Assembly: GCA_013265495.1 (NCBI GenBank)
Contig: MU057444.1
Coordinates: 21,959-75,857, forward strand
Reading direction: 5' to 3'
Source of the DNA: Vicugna vicugna
Taxonomy: Eukaryota
Length of the DNA stretch: 53,899 nucleotides
Below are positions 39,340-51,755 of the stretch, in pieces. Made by a program: the position numbers and the translations under genes. The notes below the pieces were generated by a model. That model was not told the origin of the DNA and did no database searches. It worked only from the letters and a program-made list of their open reading frames with translations. Numbering within the stretch: the first letter of the stretch is position 1; each line of letters opens with the position of its first letter.

Positions 39340-42300
39340 TAAATATTTTTTATTTAGATATTATTTATTTATTTATTTACATATTTATTCATTTATTTAT
39401 CATTGAAATACTGCCAGTTAAAATGTGTCAATCTGTGGTGTATAGCACATTGTTCCCGTACATGCATACATTTGTGTACCTAATAAATGTTACTTCACGA
39501 TATTTAACTTACTTTCCTGTGTCATACAAAAGAAATTTTAAAAAAATCTATTTTTGTATATAGTGGATAACATGTATAATTCTAAAGCTCCCAAATATAT
39601 ACTCTCACAGCCCCTTTCCGCAGTAATCATAAAATTGTTTAGTAGGTCTGAGTGTGTGCTTAAATTTTGTAGATTAAATCATTGTGTTCTCATCCAAATT
39701 TTTTTTTAAGCTTCCACATATGTCATGTCATGTGTTATTTTTCTTTCTTTTTCTGGCTTACTTCAATTAGATTGACACTTTTTGGGGACATCCATTTTGC
39801 TGCAAATGTCATTGTTTTATCATTTTTTATTGGAGAATATTATTCCATTGTGTAAATATGGCATAACTTCTGAATTATGTCATCTGTTGTTGGACAATTA
39901 GGTTGCTTCCATGTCATGGCTGTTGTATATAGCACTGGTAAGAACATTGGGGCTCAGGTGACATTTTGAATTAGATTTCTCTTTGATATATACACAGAAT
40001 TGTGATTGCTGGATCATATGTTGTCTATTTTTATTCTTTTGAGTAATCCCCATCCTGTGTTCCACAATGACTGCACCAAACTACATTCCTTCCATCAGTG
40101 TAGGAGAGTTAATTTTCTCCAAAGCTTCCCCAGAGTTTATTGTTTGTGGATTTTGAATGATGGCCATTGTGACTATTGTGAGGTGATTCTTCATTATAGT
40201 TTTAAATTGCCCTCCTCTAATAATGATAGTGAGCAATTTTTTTCATATATCTGTGTGGCATTTGTATGTCTCTATTGGAGAATTGCTTGTTTAGGGCTTC
40301 TGCCCATTTTCTGATTGAGTTTCTTGTTTTTTTATTATTATTATTAGGTTGTATGAAGTCTTTATATTATGGAAATTAAGACTTTGTCAGTTGCATCATT
40401 TCTAAATATTTTCTTTAATCCTGTAGGTTGTCATTTTGCTTTGTTTATGATCCCCTTTGCTGTGTGAAACTTATAGGTTTAATTAGGTCCCATTTATTAA
40501 TTTTGCTCTCACATCCATTACCTGGGTAGGCTGTTCTAGGAGATCATTGCTGAGATTTATCTCAGAGTATTTTGCCTGTTTACTTCTTGGAGATTTACTG
40601 TGTCTTGCCTTACATTTAAGTCTTCAAGCCATTTTGAGTTTTTTCTTGTGTATGGAGTGAAGGAGTGTTCTAACTCCATTGCTCTGTATGCTGCTATCCA
40701 GTTTTCCCAACAGCATTTGGTGAAGAGATGGTCTTTTCTCTGTAATATTCTTGGCTACTCTGTCAATGATTCATTCAACATGGGCCTGTAGATTTATTCC
40801 TAGGCCCTGTATTCTGTTCCATTGTTCCATATGCCTGTTTCTGTACCAATATCTTGTCATTTTGATTATTGTATCTCTGCAATAGTGTATGGAGACCTGG
40901 TGGTTTATTCCTCCAGCCTCTTTCTTTTTTTTGAATATTGCTTTGGAAATTATGGGTTTTTTAGGACTCTGTGTAAATCTTAGGATCATTTGGTTCAGTC
41001 CTAAAAAGAAATGTTTTCATAATTCGATAGGAAATCACATTAAGTCTGTTGATTGCCTTAGGCAGTATGGCCATATAAACAATTTTGTTTCTTCCGTTAC
41101 ATGTCCATTGGGTATCTTTTCAATTCTTCAAATTTTTTTGATTTCCTCAATCAATGTTTTCTAGTTGTCCCTGTATAAGATATTCACCTCCTTGGTCAGA
41201 TTTATTCTTAAGCATTTAGTAGTTTTGGGTGCAGTTATAAAAGCGGTTGTTTCTATACTTTGTTTTCCTGTTGATTGAATGGTAATGTAAAGAAATGCTA
41301 TTGGTTTCTGTACATTACTCTGGGTACATTGCCCACTTCCTTTTTTAGCCTAAGTACTTATTAGTGAAGCTTTTACAGTTTGCTCTATATAGTGTCATGT
41401 CTGCGTATCGTGGCAATTTTACCTCTTCTTTTCCAGTCTGAATCCTTTTCTTTCTTTTTCTTGCATGATCTTTGTGGCTAGGACTTCCGAGATTATATTG
41501 ACTTGAAATTGTGAGAATGGGCAACCTTGTCTTGTCTAAGGATTTTTGGGAAGGGTTTCAGTTTTTCACCATTGAGATTTTTGCTGGCTATATGTTGGTC
41601 ATAAACAGCTTTCATAATGTTGAGATATGGTCCCTCTATGCCCAATGTGATAAGAACTTTTATTGAAAATAGGTGTTAAATATTATGAAATTTTTTTCTA
41701 TATCTACTGAGATGATCATGTGGTTTTTTNNNNNNNNNNNNNNNNNNNNNNNNNNNNNNNNNNNNNNNNNNNNNNNNNNNNNNNNNNNNNNNNNNNNNAC
41801 CTAACTTGGGTGTATAATCTTTTTTACATGCTGTTGGATTCTGTTTGTTAATAATTTCTTAAAGAATTTTACATCTAAGTTTATCAATGATATTGGCCTA
41901 TTGTTGTCTTTGGTGTAGTGTCTTTGTCTGGTTTAGGTATCAGTTTGATTTTGGCCCTATGGTGTGAGATTGGGAGTACTCTCTCCATATCAAGCTTTTG
42001 GAAAAGTTTGAGGAGGAGTGGCATGGATTTTTCTTTGTATGATTGGTCAAAATCCCCAGTGAAGCTATTGGGGTCTGAATTTTGTTTGCAGCGATTTTTT
42101 ATTTTATTGTTAATTGTATTCCATTTCTGGTGAACTCTCTGTTCAAATGGTCAATATTTTCTTAATGCAATAATGGTTGGCTGAATGTTTCCAGAAACTT
42201 CTGAATTTCTTCCTTTTTTTCCAGTTTGTTTCCATATAGTTGCTCATGGTATTCCCTTATGATATTTTGCAAATTTGTTGTACTCTTTGTATTTTCTCCA

Positions 42301-44030
42301 TTGTCATTTCTTATGTTATTTGTATACTCTCTATTTTTGTTGTTGAGTCTGTCCATTGCTTTGTCAATTTTGTTTACTATTTCAAAATATAGTTTGATTT
42401 TTTCTATTTTTTAAACTCTAATTCAATTCTTTCTTCCATGACCTTAAATATTTCCCTCTTTCTGCTGACTTTTGGTTTTGTTTGCTGTTCTTTCATGATT
42501 AGTGTTTATAGAACGTTAGATTATTTATTTGAAATTGCTCTTCTTTGAGGAGGGCCTTGTCACTATGAACTTCCCTCTAAAGCCTGCTTTATCTGTATTA
42601 CATAAATTTTGCATAGGGTTTTGTCATATTTCTCGATATATTTTTTATTTCTTATTTTACTTCTTCACTTCCTCTACTTGTTTTAGTACCATGTTGTTTA
42701 ATCTACATGCTGTAATTTTTTCTTCCTGTTTTTCTGTGATTGATTTCTACTTTCATGTTATTATACTCAGAAAAGATGCTTGAAAAAAATTTTAACTTCT
42801 TAAGTTTGCTGAGGCCTCTTCTGTACCTGAATACATAATCTTTCCTCGAAAATGTTCCATGTGCACTAGAAAAGAATGTATATACTGCTTTGGGGAAAAG
42901 TAGTGTTTTGAAAATATCAACCAACTCCAATTATTTCATCGTATATTTAATATCTTTGTTCTGTTATTTATATTCTGTCTGAAAGTTTGTCTAGTCATGG
43001 TAATGGGGAGTTAGAGTCTCCTACTGTGATTGTGTTCCCTCTGATTTCTCCCTTTTTATCTATTAGTATTTGTTTTACATATTTAAGTGCTCATATATTG
43101 AGTGTATATATCTTAATGAGTATAATACCCTCATTTTGTATTGCTCCTTTAATTATTATATCATGTCCTTGTTTATCTTTCTCTATGGCCTTTCATGTAA
43201 AGTCTATTTTGTGTGAAGTCAGTACTCATAGTCCTGCTTTCTTGTCATGTCCATTTGCATGGAATATATTTTTCCATCTTCTGACTTTCAATTGATGTGT
43301 TTTCCTCTTACTAAAGTGGGTCCCTTGTATGCTTCATAATGTAGGGTCTTGTTATAATATCCCATCTGACAATAAATATCTTTTGATTGAAGCACTTAGT
43401 CTATTAACAATTTTGATAATTATTGATAGACTGCTGTTTATTTCCATATTGAACTTCATTTCCCGGATGATTTTGTATTTCCTTTTTGTTCATTTCTTTT
43501 TCTTTTTGTGGCTTTATAAGTTTTCTTTATTATCCTTGTTTCTTTTTGGCTTTGTTAATTAATTGTAAGCTTTTGACTTCTGGTTACCCTCTTTTGTATG
43601 TGTATTGACCTGTTAATATATCTGTTTATTTTGACTGATAGGAATACAAACTCTAACCCCTCCTACAGAGAAGAGAAACAAGAAGAAAATACTCTGTATT
43701 GTCCTGTTTCGCTCTCTGACCCTTAAAAATTATGATGTCCTGTTTTACAACATCATGTATATTCTATTTTATGTCATGGCAGCTATTGTCTTTCTAATTA
43801 TTTCTTTCTACTTTCTATAGATTTCTGTTTTTTTTCTTTAGACTAGATCTTTCATTATTTCATTTCTGTTGCTAAATTCTTTAAGTATTCACTTTTATGG
43901 AAGTTATTTATCTCTCCTTCTATTCTAAAAAATAGACTTGCTTGATAAATTATCTTAGATTACAGCTTTCTTTCATTCAAGACTTTGAATATATCTTGCC
44001 ACTGCCTTCTGCCTGTTATATTTGTGTAGG
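39340..44030 (-). mobile_element. 5'-truncated L1 (paralogue of 5200-9890)
   Basis: (TTTA)n tail; ORF2 motifs YTFFSSAHGTFSRKDY and NIIREYHEQLYGNKLE. Contains the N gap 41730-41798. Confidence 0.93.
41730..41798. other. Assembly gap (N run)
   Basis: Run of N. Confidence 1.
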
Positions 44031-44034
44031 GAAC

Positions 44035-44630
44035 CAGTTTACAAATGTAATATATATAATTATTTACATATGTAAAGAATACCTAAAATCAAGGTAACAA
44101 ATAAGATGAAAACCTATACATTAAAAAATAGAAGACATTGATGAATGTAATTAAATCTGTTCCCAAGAAATGAAAAGATCTCTTATGTTAATGATGTGAA
44201 ACTATGTGGTTGAAACAAACATACTACACAAGGCAATCTACATTTAGTGTGATTCATGTCAAAATACCCATGAGATTTTTCCATTAAATAGAACAAATAC
44301 TTTCAAAATTTATATGTAACCATAAAGATCATGACTTGCCAAAATAATCTTGAAAAGTAGTATTAAATCTAATAGTGTAAAATAATCTGATGTTAAAGAG
44401 TCCTTTAAAGATTTAGTAATTTAAAAAACATGATATTGGATCAAAAACAGACACCAATCAATAGAAGAGAATAGCGCAACCAGATATAATCCCTCACACC
44501 TATGATCAATTTACCCATGAAAAAGGAAGCAAGAGTATAAAATGAAGCAAAGACATTCTCCTTAATAAGTAGTGCTGGGGAGATTGAATATGCGAAAGAT
44601 AGATTATAGTATTTCCTCACATTGTATACA
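44035..44630 (+). mobile_element. Old L1 ORF2 fragment (paralogue of 9900-10491)
   Basis: Colinear with copy A. Confidence 0.8.
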
Positions 44631-45400
44631 ATCTATGAGCACAGAATATCTTTCTATTTATTTGGTTTACTTATATTTCTTGCACCTTTAATTTATAGAT
44701 CTATGTTTAGATCTTTAATTTCACTTATCTATTTTATTCCTATTTTATTCTTTTTGGTATAAGTTTACACACAATAGTTTTCCTAATTACTCTTTCTGAT
44801 AATTTGTTGTTAGTATATAAAAATGCAACAGATATTTGTATATTGATTTTGTATTCTGCAAGTTTATTAAGTTTGTTGACAATTTCTAACAGTCACTGGA
44901 GTAGTCTATGGAGTTTTCCATCTATGTGTAATTATGTCATCTGTAAAAATTGTACTGCTTGTTTACAAGTTGAATGTCTTTTCTAATGTTTCTTGACTAG
45001 TTTTTCTGGCTAGGACTTCTTGTAGTGTAATTTAGGACTTGTGAGAATGAGCTACTTTTTCATATTACTGTACCAGAGGAAAACTTTCCTGTATGTTAAT
45101 ATTGAACTTGATGAAAGTCATGGGTTTTTCATATATGGCTATTTTTATCTTTAGTTATATTCTATCTAGAGAGAATTTGTTAAGAATTTTTTGTATACAA
45201 AAGTTAAGATCAGTTCTGTCAATAATTTTCCTACATTTTTTCAGATTGTTACCTTTGAATTCTCTGTTTTTTAAGGGATGGTATCACATTTATTGATTTG
45301 TGTATGTTAAATAATATTTATGAATCAGGGCTAAATCATACTTAACTATAGTTTATAATTCTTATAATATGCAATGAATTCAGGTTGATAATATTTATTT
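44631..45400 (-). mobile_element. Old L1 ORF2 fragment (paralogue of 10492-11260)
   Basis: Colinear with copy A. Confidence 0.8.
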
Positions 45401-45725
45401 AGAATGGAATATACACATACTGAAGGAAAAATTTACATTGTAGCTTGAGTGTACATTTATTTATTTAAAACTTTATCACTCATTTTGAATTTGGCTTATG
45501 TTTAATGGAATTTATTTCTAAATAAATAATACAAGTTTTGGTAGACCTGGATTTACTACAGTTTACTGATATAGGGCATAGCTATTATTTGCAATTAGTG
45601 AACAAACACTTGCCTTAAAATGCCATATTATACTAACAATGCCAACTGTTTCAGGACTGGAAAACATATGGCTTCCTAAAATGCATTACCTTGTCTTTTC
45701 CACACTAACCCACATATAATGTTAC

Positions 45726-45814
45726 TTTTTTGTTTTTTGATTGTTATTTTTTAATTGTTTGTTTGTTTGCCCCTTAATGGAGTCACTGCTTATAGAACCC
45801 AGGACCTTGTGCAT
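45726..45814 (-). mobile_element. Truncated tRNA-derived SINE remnant (paralogue of 11586-11656)
   Basis: ttaatggagtcactgcttatagaacccaggaccttgtgcat preceded by a T-rich tail. Confidence 0.55.
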
Positions 45815-46551
45815 AACTTAATTTATCAACATCACTTTGGAACACTTAACAGAAGCCACAAGAGTATGGATTAAAAGATGACAAGAAAATTTAATCCTTC
45901 TAGGGACTTAAAAACCTCTGAGTGAAAGAATGGCAAAAATAAACACTTGTAAGTGTAAAATCAGATTTTTCTCTTTTGTAATTGTAAAGTAGAATACTAA
46001 ATTTCATTTTTTTTACTTATAGCACTGAATTAAAATTTAAAACAAAAATTCCCCTCTTTGGAATTTCTTAAATTTGATTGATTATTTTAATTTAATTTTA
46101 ATTCATAAATATTTAACATTTATTTATAAACATAACAAATAAACTGATATTTATTCTGCTGATGTTTTGAATATACAGCTACTTATTGTAAAGTACACAG
46201 AGAAATAACTACTTCCATTTACAAATCAAATTTTGTTTCACTTTAATTACAAATGATAATGAAATTGTTACAACTTTTCTGGAAAAATTTTACACAAATT
46301 TCACTTTCAATTCCAATACTTTAAAATTATTTTATTATTTTTTGCATATTTATACTCTGTTCACCACTGTTGTATAAATTTGGGTACAAAAGGAATGAGA
46401 TTGTTTTTACCTCATACACCCCAAAGTTAAGTTGCTTAAAAAGATATTCTCAGGAAAATATTTGCACATCACAGTATAAAAATAAATATCTTATATACTT
46501 CATTTTAACTGGATTAATGAGAAGGAAACACTGGCTGATTTTTACACTTGG

Positions 46552-46583
46552 GCTGCTAAGAGACCAGTCTTTTTGTGATGTCA
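46552..46583 (+). promoter_or_regulatory. Putative HSFY proximal promoter: degenerate X-box (GCTGCTAAGAGAC) plus CRE-like TGATGTCA
   Basis: Paralogous to 12388-12419. The CRE-like site at 46576-46583 is identical; the X-box carries 2 substitutions. Confidence 0.45.
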
Positions 46584-46715
46584 CAGCCACTCAGGTTGAG
46601 AACCATGTTGATGGCCTATCAGTTTAACTGTGCAGGCCTGCTTAAGCAGCATTTGAAGCTGCAGTGCTCAAAATCATGCAGATTAGAAAAGTAGCTGTAG
46701 GATAAGTTATTTGAG

Positions 46716-47228
46716 ATGGCACATATTTCTTCAGAAATTCAAGATGTGTCTCCTAAAGATGGACCAACTGATTCAGGAAACCCTGGTAGATCTCTATCGT
46801 GTGATCAAACATTCTCTGGGGACTTGGACTTGAGGTGTATGATTGAAGAAAATGCTTTTCAGACTTTGTCTGAAGAATCCTTGATAAAAAGACCATGTTA
46901 CACACATTGTGTCTTGGAACCAGATGAAGATAATGATTTTCGTTCTCTGACATTTCCAAGAAAACTCTGGAAAATGGTTGGGAGTGACCAATTTAAATCC
47001 ATTTGGTGGGATGATAATGGAACTTCCATAGTGATTGATGAAGATGTCTTTAAGAAGGAAGTTTTGGAAACAAAGGCCCCTTTCAGAATATTTGAAACTG
47101 GAAGTATGAAAAGTTTAGTTAGACAGCTTAACCTTTATGGGTTTAGTAAAGTGCGGCAGAAATTTCAAAGATCTGCTTGTCTAGTTGACTTTCTGGCAGA
47201 AGAAAAAGAAGCCTCTGTTTTAAGCAAG
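46716..47228 (+). CDS. HSFY: HSFY copy B exon 1 (171 codons, N-terminus and most of the HSF DNA-binding domain)
   Basis: Open frame MAHISSEIQDVSP...FPRKLWKMVGSDQFKSIWW...SLVRQLNLYGFSK...SVLSK ending at an AAG|GT donor, phase 0. Confidence 0.9.
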
Positions 47229-47701
47229 GTATACACAAATTTTAGTTATGACTTGGTAACTTATGTATAAAATTTTATTTTGTAAATCAATCTATGGTAA
47301 TATAAATGTAAAGCTAGATTTTGAAAATAGTATAAAACTACAAATGCTAAAATTCTTTATTTTTTCTAAAAATGAGGACAGTGACTTAACTCTTCAAGAC
47401 TATGAGAAAGTTTGCTAGCAGCTATGAATCTTATCAGAAATCTAAGTGAAGGTATGAAAGCTGCTTTTCAAAAGTGGCATTCACCGTTACTGCAAACACT
47501 AAATTCTTTAATTTGATGACTATACTATTTACATGTGTATTTTCCAAATAAGGAACTTCAAAATATCGTCAGCAATGTTCATATTTTGATGATATTATCT
47601 TTGCATACTAAACATGAAATCTGAGGTTTTAAAGTTAAGGCTTATTGTAGTTATGTATTTTGGTTTAAATTATTACTAAAACCTTTCTCCTTTGGTTGTA
47701 G

Positions 47702-48394
47702 CTGTAGTTCTACCATAATCCAAATTTTAAACGAGGCTGTCCCCAGCTTTTAGTGAGAATAAAAAGAAGATTTGGGAATAAAAATGCCTCTCCAGTGTCT
47801 TCATTGGCTCGAGATTTCAACAAGAAGCACTTTAAAGGAAGGGGTAATGTTGGTAAAAATAATTCTAATTTTGTGGCTGACACTAGTGGAGAAAGTGCAT
47901 TTTTACCTTCTGCAAATTTAAACATGCCTCTAATAAGAAAGCCCTCTATTGGCCACATAATTTGTGATAAAATCACCCCGACCAGAGGTGATTTTTCTCC
48001 TCCATCATCAACGTCAGATAGACCACCAGAAAATATTGCAGTGGAACAACTAGCTATTTTAAATCAGTTGACCACTGTCCACGGGCACTCTCAAAGCAGC
48101 TACACTGAAGCAAATGGCCGTGTTGTGAACTTCATTACAACTACAACTTCTACTTCTCAATACAGCATTTTGTCCCCCTTACAGAGCAATTATTTTGGAC
48201 TGATGGTGGAGCCTTCTTATTTTCCAAATAGATATCACAACATATCTGCCAATGAAGGTCGTTTTTGTAAACTTCAACCTGTGAGTAACCCACGGTTTCC
48301 AGTGCCAGTGATAGCTGATACATCAGCTACTTCTATTTCAAGGCCAACTCATCAGACATCTTCAGTTTATGAACGTCATCCTAATTACAACTGA
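47702..48394 (+). CDS. HSFY: HSFY copy B exon 2 (in-frame TAG at 47705-47707 if the proximal acceptor is used; open from 47708 to TGA)
   Basis: Acceptor tttggttgtag|CTG TAG TTC TAC CAT AAT CCA = L*FYHNPNFKRGCPQLLVRIKRR...YERHPNYN. 401 codons in total with exon 1. Coding status depends on acceptor choice, so it may be a pseudogene. Confidence 0.65.
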
Positions 48395-48487
48395 ACTACC
48401 AGAGGACTACCAGGTTATGCATGATAACAAAGATTAAAATTGATGTTTGCAAATTTTGACAAATATCTGCAATTTTCTTATTTGAAC

Positions 48488-48493
48488 AATAAA
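48488..48493 (+). terminator. Polyadenylation signal of HSFY copy B
   Basis: AATAAA ~95 nt after the stop, conserved with copy A. Confidence 0.7.
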
Positions 48494-51360
48494 CATAGAA
48501 GTGTACTTTATTATCCTTATTTTTTTAAATAGAGATAAGAGTTAAAAGTGATACTAAGTTACCATTTAAAGAAAAAAAGAGATATTTGTTTGATATGATC
48601 ATTTGATGGAACAACATGAGTGTAAATTTAAATAATTTCTGTGAGGAAGAAGAGAAAATGGAAGAATTTGGAAAAAGACTAAAACATGGAGAGAGGGAAA
48701 ATTACTTAGTGGTTTCTGGTTCATCCTGAAAAGTATTAAATGTGTTAAGTTAGGTTATGTTGGAACAGGATGAAAATGCAGGAACCGGCCCAGGGATCAT
48801 GGTCTTTATTTTGTCATCTCTGGTATCATAAAAGTCACATGATGTAGTCTCAGATGGTACATTCAGCTTGTGGTAAAATTTAACAAGGTATTTTATCTAT
48901 GGTCTTCCTTGTGCTGTTTTCTAAGCATTCCAATTGTTGCTTTTTTTTCCTCCACTCAAGAGTCTACACTATATTTTTAGAGTGAATATTTTAAGTTACT
49001 TTTTTCTTCCAGCCAAACACAAGCTTACATCTTCAGGGTTGCACTTAATGCTTTTCCAAATCTAAGCCCACAAACTCAACATAGTTTAGCCATTTAATTA
49101 TAGATCTGGCATCTGACTAATTTGGCATATCTTTATGTTTCACTGTTTCTGGAGATACATCCAGGCAAATGCTTATCAACCATATTAAATCCAAACTCAC
49201 AACTATTGCTCCAGCTTATCCTTGGACTTAGAATGTCCTCCTTTTACCTATTTAGATTTCCCCAGTCTCAGTACAGAAATCACCTCCTCTAGATATTTTC
49301 TGTCTATCCTCCTTTCCTTGTCTAACTTGGATACCAGCACAGTAAGCACAGCTCATGCCACAGGATGCATTTTAGTATTTAGTGAATGAAAAATACATGT
49401 TAACTTTAAGCAAAATCTACTTTCCTGAAACAACAAAACTTTCATGGTTTACAAACAGTTTCATTATGGTCTTTATTCTTCACCACAAACTAGCTCTTTT
49501 CGTAGCCCAAGGCTAGTCACTCAAGACTGTAATTGGAGGTAGGTACAGGAAACAAAGTATTATTTTCTTTTTAATTCATGCCTCCAGAGACCTAAAGCAT
49601 TCCATTATCATTTGCTGGACTTTTTCCTGTCTCTTAATCACCCACCCACCCCAAAATAGCTGATTCTCTTCCCCATACCAATAACTATACTTTTTTCTAA
49701 TTAATTGACTTCTTAGAATCAGAGATTTATCCAGAATTGACAGTGCCATTGCAAACATTTACTGTAGGTTTATACACCCCACATAACTTGTGCCCTTGCT
49801 AACCTTCACACTGGAAGTATCAAAGAGGTACTTGCCCCTTGGTTCGGGTGGTCGTATTCAGTAACTAAATTGCAATCTGAACTGTGTGGACTAAAAAGAG
49901 TTGAGGGTGGTAGAATTAACTATTTGTCCAACTGCAAGAATACCAAATTTCTGCAGATATTAGGAAATATATAATATTCATGGAAGACTTTGACTATTTC
50001 CCATTAATTTAAAATAAATGGTGAAGCAATTTCAGAATGTGAAATGAGCTGAAATTCTGGAAAATTTGTAGGCAACGTCAGGGAGCCTAAGGCTTCTGCT
50101 CACAGTGATGCAGCCAGGGTCATCTGATAAGACTGGAATGGCAAAGTTGAGTCCAGAAAATGTGTCACCAGTTGTGAAGAAAGTCTTTGATAATCTGGAG
50201 AATGGGCAAACGGACCAGGGTAAACTCTAGCAACTGCCCACCAATATGACTTTTACCAAGAGAAGGAAAGAGCCCACTTGCAACAGGAGATCTATGTCTG
50301 GACAGCAGTGAGTGTTCCTATAACAGAAATATCAAGCTTTCAAGTTTGTCAGCTCAACTCTGATGGTGACTATGTTGTAGCTTACATTATCAGTCTGGGG
50401 TTCAGATGGGCTGGTTCAGTAGCTAGTTTCCAGCTCCCTTATCAGACAGTGGGTCTTACCATAATCATCATAACAAGACTCTATAGTGATAAGTCAAAAG
50501 CTACACTTTAATTTCAAAATTAGAAATCCTAAGGAATTATATTGTTTGTTTCTCCATCTCTAGTTTTTTACCTGGAAATCTAGAATATTGGCAAATGAAC
50601 AAAAGTTGCCTGGTGCTTTGAAAACTATTCTCTGAGCTCTGCCCACTGAATTCTTCCCACTATATACAACAAATCTGTCTTCCACTGTGTGTGTGTGTTT
50701 GAAGATGCATTTTTAAGCAGTAACTAAGTTTGTCTTAGTTGAGTCATCAGTGGATTATTCTTCTGCATCTGGCAGAATCTCTGTGAATTAAGAGTTTCAT
50801 TGAGCCACTAGATTTTCTTCCGATCAGGGAGAGGAAGATTATATTTCTCCCAGTATACTAATTGTTACCTTTTCATTGAATCCCGAGCTGATGCTAGGGC
50901 CAAGCCACTGAACCCTTGAATTGGACTGAGGCATATACAGTCTCCAATCCCCAGAGCCCAGCACAGGATTGTGTTTCCTTTTTAATTTAAGCTTATGTCC
51001 AAGTTTATTTCTCTTTTAATTCTCATTGTTGACACAACATATTTTGGCTTTGAACACCCGTTGAATAATTTATAGAGACTGAACTGCTGATGTATTCCCG
51101 TTCAACTACAAATACCTATAACCTTTATTTCTTTGGACTACCTGGAATACAGTGAGCATAGTCATTATTTTGAAAGCAGTCCTCAGTCCTAATAATGCAG
51201 AAAATTTATAGTTCTTTGCCAGCACTTGAGCGAGGATAATTCCTGTGGATCTCAGGGATTATCCTCACATCCCGTAATGCAACCTTGGGAAAACACCATA
51301 TTGTTTCCCAAAATCAAGTCTTTGTCATTATTGCATTCCAACTGCAAAACAGTTAAGAAC

Positions 51361-51745
51361 TGTAGGAGCTCTGAGGTTTTACCATGCTGAGATTTTTAGC
51401 AACCTAGCATGTTCCTTACTTATTGATGCTGTTGGGGAGATGAGACCTTTGGTCAGAGACAGTGAATATTATCACTCAAAGAAAAGCAGCCAAGGTTACA
51501 TTTTTTATCCATTCCCTAATCTCAGATGAATTCACAGAGTGAAATTTTGATGCCTACAAAATCAGTGGTCTGTTATCATGAAGAAAGTTTAAGGCATGGT
51601 AAAACACTGATTATATTAGTATCTTTATGTATAATTTATTAGAATCACTTATATATTTGCATCTTTATCTAGGATAACTCTATCATGACTCACGATTACT
51701 TGCTTCAAAAACAGTAATGAGAAATGACATGGGAAACAATGATCA
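51361..51745 (-). mobile_element. Ancient ERVL-type solo LTR (paralogue of 17182-17570)
   Basis: TGTAGGAGCTCTGAGGTTTTACC...ggtcagagacagtgaatattatcactc. Confidence 0.45.
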
Positions 51746-51755
51746 TTGTCTTTCC

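Noticed and set aside
47641..47668. Alternative upstream acceptor (ttgtag ending at 47650) for HSFY copy B
   Set aside because: It leads to an in-frame TAA within six codons and would not bypass the TAG at 47705.
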